From assembly GCF_009914755.1 (NCBI RefSeq), contig NC_060939.1: a stretch of 64,000 nt of DNA; one strand, 5' to 3'. The translations under genes and the position numbers were made by a program. The notes beneath the pieces were generated by a model. The model ran no database searches. It was given only the letters and a program-made list of their open reading frames with translations, and was not told the DNA's origin. Source of the stretch: the human T2T-CHM13v2.0 reference genome, Homo sapiens. Positions 1 to 14,557 of this stretch are shown in pieces; within the stretch, counting starts at the first letter, position 1, and each line of letters begins with the position of its first letter.

Positions 1-2577
1 GTGACAGAAAATTCAGGTACGAAAAGCACTGTTCCAACCTTGGTCCTCCAATTTGCCAGTGCCTACCCTAAAACTGTTGTGCTTCAGTGCCATTTTCAAG
101 GAATTTATCTTGCTGGGACAGCTCCAAGCCCAGAAATACGCTAACTGGTACCTGGTCTCTGAATTTAAAATACACCCCGAACCTAAGACTCACTCTTAGA
201 TGCAAAGGTAATTGTGGGCACGCTGGTAAGGAGCCACTAAAATCCAGCAGTCCCGGTCCCCTTTTCTGTGTGGCTAAAAAAGGACAGGAAACAAGTGCGG
301 GCAAAACTGCTATGTCGGTAAGCACAATTAAATTCATTAAGCAGGGTTCCATGGGTGATTGCACACCCTGGAAAGAAAAGGACACCAGAACCATAGGGGA
401 TGCCCTAGGGCTAGTGCTCACTAGGGGATGACTAGGGGTGTGGGCACTTCTATGTTCTCCTTTCAGATGGGAGACGTCCCTCAAAAGCAAAACCACCCCT
501 GAGGTGTATTCTGGATAACTGGGACCAATTTGACCCTCAAATGCTGAAGAAGAAGTGACTTATATTTTTCTGCAGCACCACCTGGCCACAATAGCCTCTT
601 CCCGGAGGAGAGACATGGCCACCCGAGGGAAGTAACTATAATACCGTCCTACACCTAGGTGTCTTTTGTAAACAGGAGGGCAAATGGAGTGAAGTGCCAT
701 ATATACAGGTTTTTTTCTCACTAGGGGATAACCCACAATTATGTAAAAAATGTAATTTACATCCTACCGGGGGTCCTCAAAGCCTACACCCATACTCAGG
801 TCTCCCCATGGCTCCCCCTCCCACTAGTAAGGACTCTCCTTTGGCCCTAATGGCCCAAAAGGAACCAGACAAAAAGATAGTCAAGGAACCAAAAGCCACC
901 AATGGCCCTCAATTGTGCCCCCTCCAAGCCGTGGGAGGAGGAGGAGACTTTGGCCCAGCACGAGTGCATGTCCCTTTTTCCCTCTCAGACTTAAAACAGA
1001 TCAAACCGGACCTAGGAAAATTCTTAGATAATCCTGATGGATATGTAGACGTCTTACAGGGATTAGGACAATCTTTTGATTTAGCATGGAGAGATACTAT
1101 GTTGTCGTTAGGTCAAACATTAACTCCCAGCGAAAAAGAGGCCACAGCTAAGGCTGCAGGATCCCTGGGAGTTTGGGGATCTCTGGTACCTAAGCCAGGT
1201 AAATGATAAAATGACATCAGAAGAAAGGGAACAATTCCCCACAGGCCAACAGGCGGTTCCCAGTGTGGATCCCCATTGGGACCTCAATTTGGAGCATGGA
1301 GACTGGAGTCACAGGCATTTACTGACTTACATACTAGAGGGATTAAGAAAGACCAGAAAAAAGCCAATGAAGTACTCAGTGATGTCCGCCATAACACAGG
1401 GAAAGGAAGAAAACCCTATGGCATTTTTAGAGAGGCTAAGGGAGGCATTAAGAATGCATACCTCAGCCAGGCGCGGTGGCTCATGCCTGTAATCCCAGCA
1501 CTTTGGGAGGCCGAGGAGGGCGGATCATGAGGTCAGGAGATCGAGACCATCCTGGCTAACATGGTGAAACCCTATCTCTACTAAAAATGCAAAAAAAAAT
1601 TAGCCAGGCATGGTGGCAGGCACCTGTAGTCCCAGCTGCTTGGGAGGCTGAGGCAGGAGAATGATGTGAACCCGGGAGGCGGAGCTTGCAGTGAGCCTAG
1701 ATTGCGCCACTGCACTCCAGCCTGGGCGACATTGTGAGACTCTGTCTCAAAAAAAAAAAAAAAAAGAAGAAAGCATACCTCTTTGTCACCTGACTCTACT
1801 GAAGGCCAACTAATTTTAAAGGATAAGTTTATCACTCAGTCAGCTGCAGACATTAGAAAGAAACTTCAAAAGTCTGCCCTGGGCCCCGAGCAAAATTTGG
1901 AAACTCTATTGAATTTGGCAACTTCGGTGTTTTGTAATAGAGATCAGGAGGAGCAGGCTGAACGAGACAGATGAGACAAGAAAAAGGCCTCCACCTTAGT
2001 CATGGCCCTCAGACAGACGAACTTCAAACTTCGGTGGTTCTGAAAGAAAGAAAGGCTGGGCAGGCAACCCGCCTAACAGAGCTTATTATCAGTGTGGCTT
2101 ACAGGACCACTTCAAAAAGGACTGCCCAAACAATAAGCTGCCCCCTCGTCCATGTCCCTTGTGCCAGGGGGATCACTGGAAGGCACACTGCCCCCGAGGG
2201 CGAAGGTTCACTGGGCCAGAGGCCACTAACCAGATGGTACCACAACAGGACTGAGGGTGCCCGGGGCAGGCACCAACCCATGCCATCACCATCACAGAGA
2301 GCCCCAGGTAAGTTTAACCATTGAGGGCCAGGAAACTAACTTCCTCCTGGACACTGGCACGGCCTTCTCAGTTTTACTCTTCTGTCCCGGATAACTATCC
2401 TCCAGGTCTGTCACCATCAAAGGGGTCCTAGGACAGCCAATACTAGGTATTTCTCCCACCCCCTAAGTTGTGACTGGGGAACCTTATTTTTCTCACATGC
2501 CTTTCTTATCATGCCTGAGAGCCCTACTCCTTTACTAGGGAGGGACATATTAGCTAAAGCAGGGGCCATTATATACT
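1..2577 (+). mobile_element. Class I ERV internal fragment (HERV-W/HERV9/HERV30 clade): pre-gag leader, defective gag and protease; ends before RT, no env or 3' LTR
   Basis: The gag ATG at 467 is followed by PLRCILDNWDQFDPQ, with a frameshift and stops. Capsid motifs FPTGQQAVPSVDPHWD, ITQGKEENPMAFLERLREAL and [19 protein letters not shown] are present, then Cys/His knuckles at ~2090-2195. The gag stop is CAGGAC-TGA-GGGTGC at ~2252. Protease FLLDTGTAFS lies at 2341-2370 and PLLGRDILAK at ~2529-2558. Family assigned from recalled HERV-W Gag. Confidence 0.9.
1465..1766 (+). mobile_element. AluY inserted into the ERV gag
   Basis: AluY-type GAGATCGAGACCATCCTGGCTAAC and GGCGGAGCTTGCAGTGAGC, poly-A tail, 15-bp TSD aagaa(t/a)gcatacctc at 1450-1464 and 1767-1781. 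Confidence 0.92.
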
Positions 2578-3552
2578 TATTGTTCACGACATAGGTAGCT
2601 ATCCCCTGTGTGGAGGGAGGAGAGGGCTGAGCAGGAAGTAGGTTGAGAAAACACTCTTACAGATGTTTTTGCTCTGTACAAGGGATGCCACAGGGCAGCA
2701 TTTGGAGATAATGGTCTTAATTCTTTTGTCCATTCCTCCCAACATCAGACGACTTGGTTAACTATGATTTCTGACTATTGGATGAATGTAAGAATGCTTA
2801 GATAAAAATCAGAAAGTATCTGAAGTTGTTTTTGAAGGGAACAATGTGAGTACAAAATATTGCTGTTGGCGGTTACTGAAAGATGATTCCAGCAGTACTC
2901 CTGCTTAGAAACTCCATTAGAGGCCTGGGGAAGACAAGTGATTCTCAGCTCACTTCAAAACACTCATCCCTTCCTACCCTAACTTCTTCTGCACTTATTT
3001 GTGTCATACAACTCAAACTTTGGTTTTCTACAATTTTGGCCTCTAATTTGTCACCTTTAGTCACCTTATCTCTTTAAATATGTCTCATGGTTTTTTGCTA
3101 TGCCTCTACTGAAGTATTTGATGAATACCTCTTGACTATAGACTGATCCATGACTTGAATAGTGCATATATAAATTTGGGTATCTGCCAGTTTCTGAACC
3201 TGGTTTCTTGCCATACTAAGAGTTTTAGAGGTGGGTCCTAGAACATTAAAAAAATCCCATCCTAGGAATTCGTGCTACTCACCAAATAGGAGATGACATC
3301 AGGTATGGGTAAGACTGACTTAGAGAACTGCTCTACCAATCAAAGATTCATTCATTCAATATGTAGTCACTGAGCACCTATTATATCCAAGGCACTATTG
3401 TAGGTACTCAAGAAACAGCGTGAACAAAACATATATATATCCCTGTTCTCTTGAGGTTTATGTTCTGGCAGGGAGGAGACAAAAACCAAAGCAAATAAGT
3501 AATTTATCTATAGTGGTAGAAGGTTGATAAGTGCTATGAAGAACAATAAAGT

Positions 3553-3709
3553 GGTTGGGCGTGATTGCGCATGCTTGTAATTCCAGCTACTCAGGAGGCT
3601 GAGATAGGAGATTTGCTTGAACCCCAGGAGGCAGAGGTTGCAGTGAGCCAAGATCATGCCACTGCACTCCAGCCTGGGCAACAGAGCAAGACTCCATCTA
3701 AAAAACAAA
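3553..3709 (+). mobile_element. Alu monomer (right-arm/FRAM-like)
   Basis: Right-arm Alu sequence and A-rich tail; TSD aagaacaataaag at 3539-3551 and 3710-3722. Confidence 0.85.
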
Positions 3710-3971
3710 AAGAACAATAAAGCAGAGAGGAGGATTAGGGAGGGGTAATAGGAAGCTGTAATTATAAGTAGTGTGGCTGGGGAAGCCTGACTGAGGAGGC
3801 AACATTTGAGCAGAGACTTGAAGGAGATCAGAGAATGAGCCATGTGGATATGTGGGGAAAGGGCCATTTGGGCAGAGGGAATAGCAAGTGCAAAGGCCCC
3901 GAGTTGAGAGAGCTCAGGGAAGGAGACTGGAGCAAAGTGAGTGGGAAGAAGAGTAATAACAAAGGAGGTCA

Positions 3972-4356
<385 letters not shown>

Positions 4357-4638
4357 CTATTGTAAGGACATTGGCTTTTATGGGGAATCTTTGGAGGGTT
4401 TGGGGAAGAAGAGTGACATGATCTCACCTGAATTCTCAGTGAATCACTCTGACTTCTCAATGATGAGAATCTGGCTTCTCAATGATGAGAATAGACTTTG
4501 TGGGTGGGCAAGTTAGGTCGTGGAAGTAGGGGGGCTATTTATATAGCCATTGCAATAATCCAGGTGAAAGATGATAGTGGCTTAGACCAAGTGAAAGCAG
4601 TGGAGATGATAAGTGGATGGGGTAAAGATATGTCTGAT

Positions 4639-4722
4639 AGTTGAGCTGATAAAATTTTCTGACAGTTTAAATGTGATGTGAGTTGAGCTGATAAAATTTT
4701 CTGACAGTTTTAATGTGATGTG
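4639..4722. repeat. 42-bp direct tandem duplication (2 copies, 1 mismatch)
   Basis: agttgagctgataaaattttctgacagttt(a/t)aatgtgatgtg at 4639-4680 and 4681-4722. Confidence 0.9.
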
Positions 4723-5589
4723 AGAGGGGAAAAAAATAGAGGAATTGAAGGACTTCAAGGTTAGTGGCTGAGCAATGGGAAGGAAAGATTTGCCATTAAC
4801 TGAGATGGCAAAACTGCAGATAGAACAGGTTTAGGGGGAAGATGAAGAGTTCAGTTTTGAATGTTGTTACATTGAGATGTTCATTAGATGTCCAAGGGAA
4901 GATGTCATCAAGAAGTAGCTGCATACTTGGGTCTGGGAGGGGGTGCCAGCTGGAGGCATAGTCAGGAAATCATGGAGATGCTAAGCATGATATTATTCAT
5001 TACTTGGACTTAGGGAGGCTTCATCAAGAGTCTGTCTATTCCTTATGAAACCCAGACTGTTATTTTTTCAAGTCCTTTATAAACAACAAAATTCAATCAA
5101 TCAACTGTATTGTGAGCCTTTTGTGCCCACAGATTTTGCCTTATTTTTAAAAGCATAGGGCTCGGCTTATCATGTGTTTGCTGATGAAAACATCGGTACT
5201 TCTAAATCAGTGAAAAATATCTTGGAAAGAAGCTTAAAAGAAGCCTTTTCGCAACCAAGTAAAATGTAAATCAATATAACAAACACTCAGCGCCTGTTAT
5301 GGGCATGTGGGTGCACACTGTGGGTGCTGAGGAACAACAAGAAAGGAACCCTCAAGGAATTCACAGGCGAGTGGGAGGGAAAAGAAAAATCCTCAAACAC
5401 TTACGACACAAGCAATAGATAATAGGACCCTAAGAGGGATATGAATAAAGCCCAGTGGGCGATCAGGAAGCGTTTCGAGAAGGAGGCAGCATACCAGTCA
5501 AATCTTGAAGGATGGGAGAGGGGAATGCCCTTGAAGAGCAGGTGGTTCATTTTAGCTTGAGCACGATACAGGTAGATGCAAAGATGTCC

Positions 5590-6620
5590 AAAGATTCTTT
5601 ATTTTACCTTTGCTTTTGAAAATTATTTGGACTATAGAATTCTAGACAGAAAATGTTTTTCTTTCAGCACTTAAAAATGTTACTCTACTATCTTCTCACT
5701 TGCATTGTCTCCATTGAAGAAGGCTGCTGTTATCCTTAGCTGTGTTTCTCTCTGTGGAATGTGCCATTTTTCCTTTGGCTGCCTTTAAGATTTTCTCTTC
5801 ATCATATGTTTTAAACAGTTGTATGTCATTTTCTTCATGTTTCTTGTCTCTGGAGCTTCTTTAGCTTGTTGAATCTATGGGTTTATAGTTTTAATTGAAT
5901 TTTGGAATTTTTTTTGCCATTGGTACTTCAGAAAAGTTTCCGTCCTCCCTGCCAGCACTGGACTCTAATTACACGGGTATTGGGCTACTTGAAGTTGTCT
6001 CATAGCTCACGAATACTCTGCTCACTTTTAAAAAGCATTTCTTCTCCATGTGTTTCATTTTGGATAGTTTCTACTGCTATATCTTCAAGTTCACTAACCT
6101 TTCATCTGCAATGTCTAATTTGCCCTTAGTCCTATCCAAAATAAGCCCTGTACTTATTTTTTCTTTAGAGACAGGCTCTCGCTCTGTCACCCAGACTGGA
6201 GTGTAATGGCACAATCATAGCTCACTGCAGCCTTGAACTCCTGGGCTCAAGTCATCCTTCTGCTTTGGCCTCCCAAAGTGCTGGGATTACAGGTGCGAGT
6301 CACTGCACCTGGCCTGGTTTACTTTTCATATCAGACATTGTAGTTTTCATTTTTAGAGTTTGAGTTGGGTGGTTTTTATATCATTTATATTTCTGTTTAG
6401 CATGTTCAATCTTTCCTCTAGCTTCTTGAACATACGAAAATGGTTAATAAAAATAGCCATTTTATTGTCTTTGTCTACTAATTTTTTTGTATCATTTCTG
6501 AGTGGGTTTCAATTAATTGATTTTTCTCCCTCATTATTGGTTGTGTTTTCTTGCTTCTTCAAAGATCTGGTAATTATTATTGACTGTTAGACATTGTGAA
6601 TTTTACCTTGTTGGGTGCTA
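5590..6620 (-). mobile_element. Old L1M fragment containing an internally deleted antisense Alu (~6156-6314)
   Basis: T-rich antisense L1 text (ttctttcagcacttaaaaatgtt, gctgcctttaagattttctct) with an embedded gagacaggctctcgctctgtcaccc...cctcccaaagtgctgggattacagg. Confidence 0.7.
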
Positions 6621-7169
6621 TAGCTCAGTGAGGCACCCTTTAATTACCAAGGGGAAGAAATAGCCTTGAGTAAGTTCCACATGGCTGACCATACCAGAAA
6701 CTACACATTCTAACCTCATGCCAAAAATGTCCTACTGTTTATTTAGCAGTCAAATAAGAATTCAAAGCACAAAAACAACAGAAGATAAATACAAGTGTGA
6801 AGCTGGTACTTCAACAAATGGCTCTAAAATTGGAGAATCAGCAGCCTGGAATTAAGCCAGACTAGCTGGGAAAAGTATTAGAGTCTTGGTAGTTCAAAGG
6901 TGTTTTTTAAAGAGGAGAGCCCAACTCTTGATGGATTGGACCACTGACACCAAGAAGGGGCTGCAGGTGTTTGATTATGGTGACAGTAATTTTTAAAAAA
7001 TATGTTCATTTGTTATTTAAATTTTTTTCATTGTATGAGATTTTTTCATTAATTTTCTTTATTTTTAATTGGAGCTTTTAATCTTTTCTTTACTAATTTG
7101 CAAGTGCTCTTTATATAGGAAAGTTATTAATTTTTTGTGTATAATACACGTTTCCATATTTTTCCTGTA

Positions 7170-7450
7170 ATAACAATTATAATGTTTATTGAGAATGTAC
7201 AACATGCCAGGTGTTATGGTAACAGCATTAGGTATGTGTTTCAAAAAGGTCTTTATCTTATCCTGATAATAACTCTGTGAGGCAGTCATTATTATTATTA
7301 TCATCATTATCATTATTCCCATTTTACAGACAGGTCATCGAGGTTTGGAGAGGTTGAACATCCTGTGCAAGGTCACACAGCCAGTGAGTGGACGAGCTAG
7401 AATTCAGAGTATGTCTGACTCCCAAGTCCACGATATTTACACTACACCTT
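7170..7450. mobile_element. MIR within a degraded L1M
   Basis: MIR core ...attccccattttacaga...aaggtcacacagccagtgagtgg. Confidence 0.7.
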
Positions 7451-8406
7451 TGGCCTCAGGTGTTGTCTACATTTTGTTTATGGGCATTTTGGGAACGGAT
7501 TGGACGTTTTTCATTTTCATGCAGTCAAATCCGTAAAATCTTTCATTCTTGGGTTCTTCTTCTGCTTTTATGTATAGAATGTTCTTTCCTACCTCAAGAT
7601 CTCAAGATCAGGTAAATATTCACCTGCATTTTCTCATAAATACGTACAATTTCAGTTGAAAGCTATCCTGTTACATTTGTATGTGTTTAAAACAGAGATA
7701 AAAAGAGCCTGTCCCCTTTAAGAAACAATTGTCCAGAATAAGTTGCAGGACTCACAAATAGGCAATTCGCTACCAAACAACTTCTTAAAAATAAAGTAAG
7801 GGCAAGGATGTGAGATTAGTAAATGGATTTACAGATGCTTCTTTTTTTATGACTGGGGAAGAACTGTCTCAGGGTCAGCTGCAGTAGTTAAGGAGATAGA
7901 ACGTCAAGTTGTCACTGTGTGTGTGTCTGTTTCTGACCGGGGAGAAGAACAATCCAAACACAGCCATATTGGGAGAACACGGTCGGAGGCCACCTTTGGG
8001 AGTGGCTCAGGATTTCTGGTTCTGGAACTGGGTCAGCCAGTTCATGCAAGAAGGAGGCCTTGCTGCTGGCAGCTACCATCTAACCAGGCAACTGAGGGAA
8101 AAGCACAAGGACTTGTCATTACTGAGTGGCGGTTGCTTGAACTGAAGACTGGGCAAGGCTGAAAACCTGGGGCTTGATAGAGCCTGTAGGGCTCCAGGTG
8201 GGAAAAGGGAAAGGTTTAGGAAGGTGGTTATAATGACCAATGACAACTTACAATTAGTGCATTAAGGCACTTATCCGTTTACACCTGGTTGTTTCTATAA
8301 GTCTTAGTAAGATTTATTCAGATTACATTTTGAATTCAGTTGTCAAACTGAGCTGGTGATTAGACTTTCATGAATATCTTTATTAAAATAGCATGAATTC
8401 AAATAA

Positions 8407-8660
8407 GCGAGGTGGCTCACACCTGTAATCCCAGGACTGTGGGAGGCTGACGCAGGATTATTTGAGCCCAGGTGTTTGAGATCAGTCTGGGCATCATAGG
8501 CAGACCCCCATCTCTACATTAAATTTAAAAACTAGCCAGGCATGGTGGCACGTGACTGTGGTCCCAGCCACTCAGGAGAATTGCTTTAGCCTGGGAGGTC
8601 GGGGCTGCCACTGCACTCCAGCCTGGACAACAGAGTAAGACCCTGTCTGAAAAAAAAAAA
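8407..8660 (+). mobile_element. AluJ-like
   Basis: ggtggctcacacctgtaatccc...ttgagcccagg...cactccagcctgg followed by an A tail; diverged. Confidence 0.8.
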
Positions 8661-10328
8661 GTATGAATTGAGGATTTTTCAGAAAGCAGAATTAATTGAT
8701 TGACATTTAAATCATGACCAAATGTGTTTCGATAACAGTACAAACATGCAAAGAGTGTTTTTATAAGGACTTCTTAATTTAATCCTCATAGCCACTCCTT
8801 GGGTAAATACTGTCACCTTTCCTATTGCATTTCCTATTTCATCAGAGAGGCTGGGAACCTGTCCAGGATCTTGCTGTGGTTAGTAAGAAGAACCTCCTAG
8901 GCCATCTGCGGCCTCTGCTGGCTTATCCAGCCTTCCCCTTGACCTGGGGTTGGATCCTGAAGAAGAACACCTGGTGGGGGAAATCCTCCTTCGGGGACTT
9001 CAGGCATGCATTTTCAGATGTTCCCAATGCTAATCATTGTCACATGGAGTTTTTCTCCAAAGCCCTGATTTCAACTGAAAGTCATTTTGCCAGAGACATT
9101 GGCGTGCAGGCGTTTGCTGGAACTGCCCCTTCCAAATGAGATTGCTGAGGAATCCTGAGCAGAGCCCCAGCTCCTGTGACTGCCGTAGCCCTTGCGTGCA
9201 AGAGGGCTGGCCAGGGCTTGTGGGTGGACTTCAAACCAACACTTGGTAATTATTTGTTTAAGATTTTATTAGAGAATCAGGGCAATGATGGAGGCGGAGC
9301 GGGAAGGAGCACTGCTAGAGGTTCCACCCAGTCTCCACCAATTCAGTGCAGCTTTGCAGACTCGATTCAGCAAAACAAATGACTCGAGAATAAGCCCTAC
9401 CCCTTGAAAGGCAGGCTGGCGTCCATCCCCATCCTAATCCACTTAGCAAAGCAGGAAGATCTAGTGAATACTATGGTTTCCCCATTGCATTGCATTTTCA
9501 GTGATGTCTTAGCCTCCTTTACATATCAGCACCCCAGTGTCAGCCTGGCTGACCCAGCCCAGAGCAGCCCTGGGTGCAGCCACGCAAGTGCCCTGACTCA
9601 AGATAGTGTGAAAGGCTTGTGTATTATTGCCCTACAGACCAGGCCACATCAATGGTCTCTGGTTTTGCTGTGATGTTGATAGAGACAGGAAGGGGATAGC
9701 CATGTCTCAGGAACCCTAACTAGATAATCCTAGCATCTCCAAGGTCCTGTTTTCTAGGGATTATTGGAGTAGCTGCAAAAATAAAATTATCCTAAACAAG
9801 CAGGCACAAAGAGAAGCAGGTATCCCCATGAGAGATTTTCAGTTTCTGTAAACAAAGTGACTGCCTGTCTGAAAGGAATAATATCATTGCTTGGGGAGCA
9901 CATTCCCTTCCCATTTGAGCAAGTAATCAATGCTGAAGTCTTTTTTGAGTACCTACTATGTGCTTGATGCCATTCTGGTGCTGAGAAAGGGAATGGATAA
10001 GTGAATGTGGCAAACAGAAAAAGGACAAAATAGCCTCTACTATTCAGAGTCTAGTTGAGAAGTCAGCGTAACAGCGAAAAAGTGAGCCAGTGACTGGCCA
10101 CGCTGCTGGGCACAGAAACGGGCAGTCAGTAGGGACTGGGCTTTTTGGAAGGCTGAGAAAGATTCTGCTGGACTCTGCAGATCCCTGGCAGGATGAACTG
10201 ATAGAACACTTGCCCCCCAGGCCGCTGATGTGGGATGGCAGAAGATGGCTGGACAGGCTCACTTGAGCTGTTAAATGCCTGCGGCCCAACACGAGCTGGG
10301 GCCTAGGAGTCACACCCCAGAATTTCAC

Positions 10329-10771
10329 TGTCGTGTTTCCAAGCAGCTGCATACAAGATATAAAAATTAGGTCAAGTTAGGATTTTAAGAGTTTATTGTG
10401 CATACAAAGAAATGTTCATGAACTAAGAGACCTCAAACTGGAAAGTGGCAGAAAGTCTCAAATTTACAGCAGTTACAGCTCAGTTTCAAGAGCATAAAGG
10501 AGGAAGCGTTTTGGCCTGTTTCAGGATTGGATGTCATATATTCTTTCTTAAGGCATATGACTATGTAAGCTGATTTGCCTATATCCGTTGGTTTAATTTC
10601 ATTGAATCATGCTGATAAGATGAAAAGCTTACTGAGTGTTCTGTTTATGTTGAAGGTTTATGTTTTGGGGGGCAGGGAATCAGTAAGAGCTAAGTTTTGG
10701 TTATGTGGCTATGAGTAATTGGCCTTGGGTACTAAACTGTGGCCTCCAGTTTTATTTATTTACATTTAACA
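10329..10771 (-). mobile_element. Probable ERV1 solo LTR (MER67-like)
   Basis: TG...CA termini and ~440 bp length; resembles recalled MER67-type LTRs, but no clear TSD. Confidence 0.4.
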
Positions 10772-11611
10772 AAGGCAAGACCCACATTCCCGTTGGTGTT
10801 TGCAGAGTGCCCTCACCAAGTCTTGGCCCCTGTGTGAATTCCTGCCTTTCCCAGAAATGAGTCCAGGGTGTCTGACCTCAGCTTCAGATCCCATGAAGGA
10901 TTCTTCTAACATCTGCGATCTAACCCTCCAGTGACAAGCAGGTGGACCACCACATTCATAGCCCCATCTCCCCAGTCCAAGCAATCTCAGCCAATGGTAA
11001 GGTGAATTATCATCTCCTGGAGCTTTTTCTAACAGGATCATTTGCATGCATATAATAACAGCAGTTTGCATAATTAAGGAGAGTCATACAAAGTATTCAG
11101 TTTTCTAAGAGATATGGAATTTAAGTTACAAAATAGATCAGACCTGGAAGATGACTTAGCATTTAAACAGTGTTCCAGCCAGCAAACTGTAACCTGTGCT
11201 TGGAGAACTTCAGAGAAACCATGACAGGCCTCATTGTTTTAGTAACACACAAACCAGAGTAGCTGATGATAATGAGCAGGTTTGCTCTCTTACTTTTGTG
11301 TGAATTCATTCTGAGAGTAAAAGGTGAGAGAAAGGGAGTTCAAGAGAGCAGCCAGCCAAACACTGTGAGGTTTCGAGTTCCAATGAGCAGTAGCAGCTTA
11401 CCACATTTAGCTCTATTCATTCTGATGAGAAAGACATGCTTTTGATTTAAGCCTTTTACCTACACACAGAAATTGGCACATTTTAAATTACACATCTATT
11501 AGTAAAAATTTAATATCCTGTTTATATGAAAAGTACACTAAAGCAAAAATCTGTGTTTCAAGTTGAATTCAGACAATTCCTTTTGCAAAGCCTGAGCAGT
11601 ACAAAAAAGTA

Positions 11612-11944
<333 letters not shown>

Positions 11945-12480
11945 CTAGGTGAGCCTAAACCAGCTACTCCCTGCCTTCTTTGGGCATCAGCTTTCTCATC
12001 CCTCCTCCCCACATCCTCTGAGTGTTTCTCACCACCTCTTACCCAGCATCCTCTGATGGGATCAGAGTCTGAAAATCATCTGTCATGTCCAACCCTCTCA
12101 TTTTACAGACAAATAACTAAGGTCAACCCCACCTGTTTACCCAGGGCAGCTCCATTTTTATTTGCTTTATATTTTGGGATTTGGTGCTTATATAAGGAAA
12201 ATAAAAGTCTTATGGCTAATGAACAATTTGAAAATCACTGGACTTTACAAGAGTTCTAGTTCATTCTGTTCATTTGCCTAGAAACAACAGAGATCTGTCC
12301 AAGTAATTTCAAGTGATGGGGGTAATCGTGAGAACATGATGTTTGGGTTCACACAACACTAACATGCTTTCCATTCTCTCTGGATTACTAAAAACACAGA
12401 AAAGTAAAAAAAAAAAAATCACTTATTATTCCAACATACCTTTACAACCATCTCAATTAAAAAGTGAGAAAAAAAAATCT

Positions 12481-12790
12481 GCCAGGTACAGTGGCTCACG
12501 CCTGTAATCCCAGCACTTTGGGAGGCTGAGGTGGGCAGATCACCTGAGGTCAGGAGTTCCAGACCAGCCTGGCCAACATGGTGAAATCTCATCTCTACTA
12601 AAAATACAAAAATTAGCTGGGTGTGGTGGTGTGCACCTATAGTCCTAGCTACTTGGAAGGCTGAGGCAGGAGAATTGCTTGAATCTGCCTCAAGCCGGAG
12701 GTTGCAGTAAATCAAGTTGGTGCCACTGCATTCCAGCATGGGCAACAGAGTGAGACTCCATCTCAAAAAATAAAAAATTAAAAAAAAAAA
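12481..12790 (+). mobile_element. AluS (Sx-like)
   Basis: Dimer with gatcacctgaggtcaggagtt and A tail. Confidence 0.9.
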
Positions 12791-13394
12791 CCTATCCCCT
12801 TCTTATTCCCTAGTCTCAGTCTCTAGGGGGAAGAATATCAGTTGTTTGGTTTCATGAACCTCCCAGCTTTTTTGTGTACTTATACAAAAACATCTAGGGA
12901 TTATTTATCAACCAAAAAGTTGTGTTGCATTATGTGGCTTGGGCTGCATTTTGCTTTCGTCACTTAACACCATGCCAAGGCTGTCTTTCCAATAGTACAT
13001 ATAGATCTATGTCATCCTTTAAAATTTGTTCAACAAGACCCTTATTGACAAACCTTTGCATGTTCTGCCACACAGTGTTGCATTGAGCATTTTTGTCCAG
13101 ATATCCTTGTATACTCTTCCAAGTGGGATTCCTAATTTGTAGCATTTTCTTTTTAACAGATACTGCCAAGTTATGTCCCATCTCTGTTTAGTTTGAATTA
13201 AAACAAGCTCAAGCCATCTGATGCCAGGTCAGCAAGAAGTCTGTTCTTTTTCTCCTGGGGCCTCTTCCTTGGCCAAGATCCCCAAGAGTTCTGCTAATCC
13301 AATGAGAATAGTTCCCTTTTCAGAGAAAAAAACTGGAAAAGCTGGTCAGGCTGCCAGTAGGGCCCATTTGGGCTATCTTTTCCCCTAACGCTAT

Positions 13395-14099
<705 letters not shown>

Positions 14100-14557
14100 G
14101 CTACCAAACGTTCAATGCTGAAAACAAGTCGCCATGCAATGTAATATGTCCCTGTCCGTTGCTGCATTGATCTTCCCACCTGGGAGATGAACCTGATGGG
14201 CCCCATTGTTTCTTCTGGGAGATAATTCTCACTCCTCAGTGATGCTTACAGCCAACAGGGCATTCATCCTGAGCTCTCGGGGCTACTGCTTATTATTTTG
14301 CACTCAGGTTGACAGCCCATCGTTCCCACTAAGTCTGTCCTCCATGCTAGCGTGGCTGGGTTGGACTTTTTCCTGTGCTTCACCCACCCTCTCCCCAGCA
14401 CCACCAGATTCTCATATCATGAACTGATTAGCAATTTATTGTCATCTTCTCTCAGAGAAACTCTTCCTTAGAGACGGTTGATGTGCTTTCCCACTTGAAC
14501 CACTTCTCAGCAGAGAAGTTCCAGGCCTGGGACCGGGCACTATTCTAGACACAGGGT

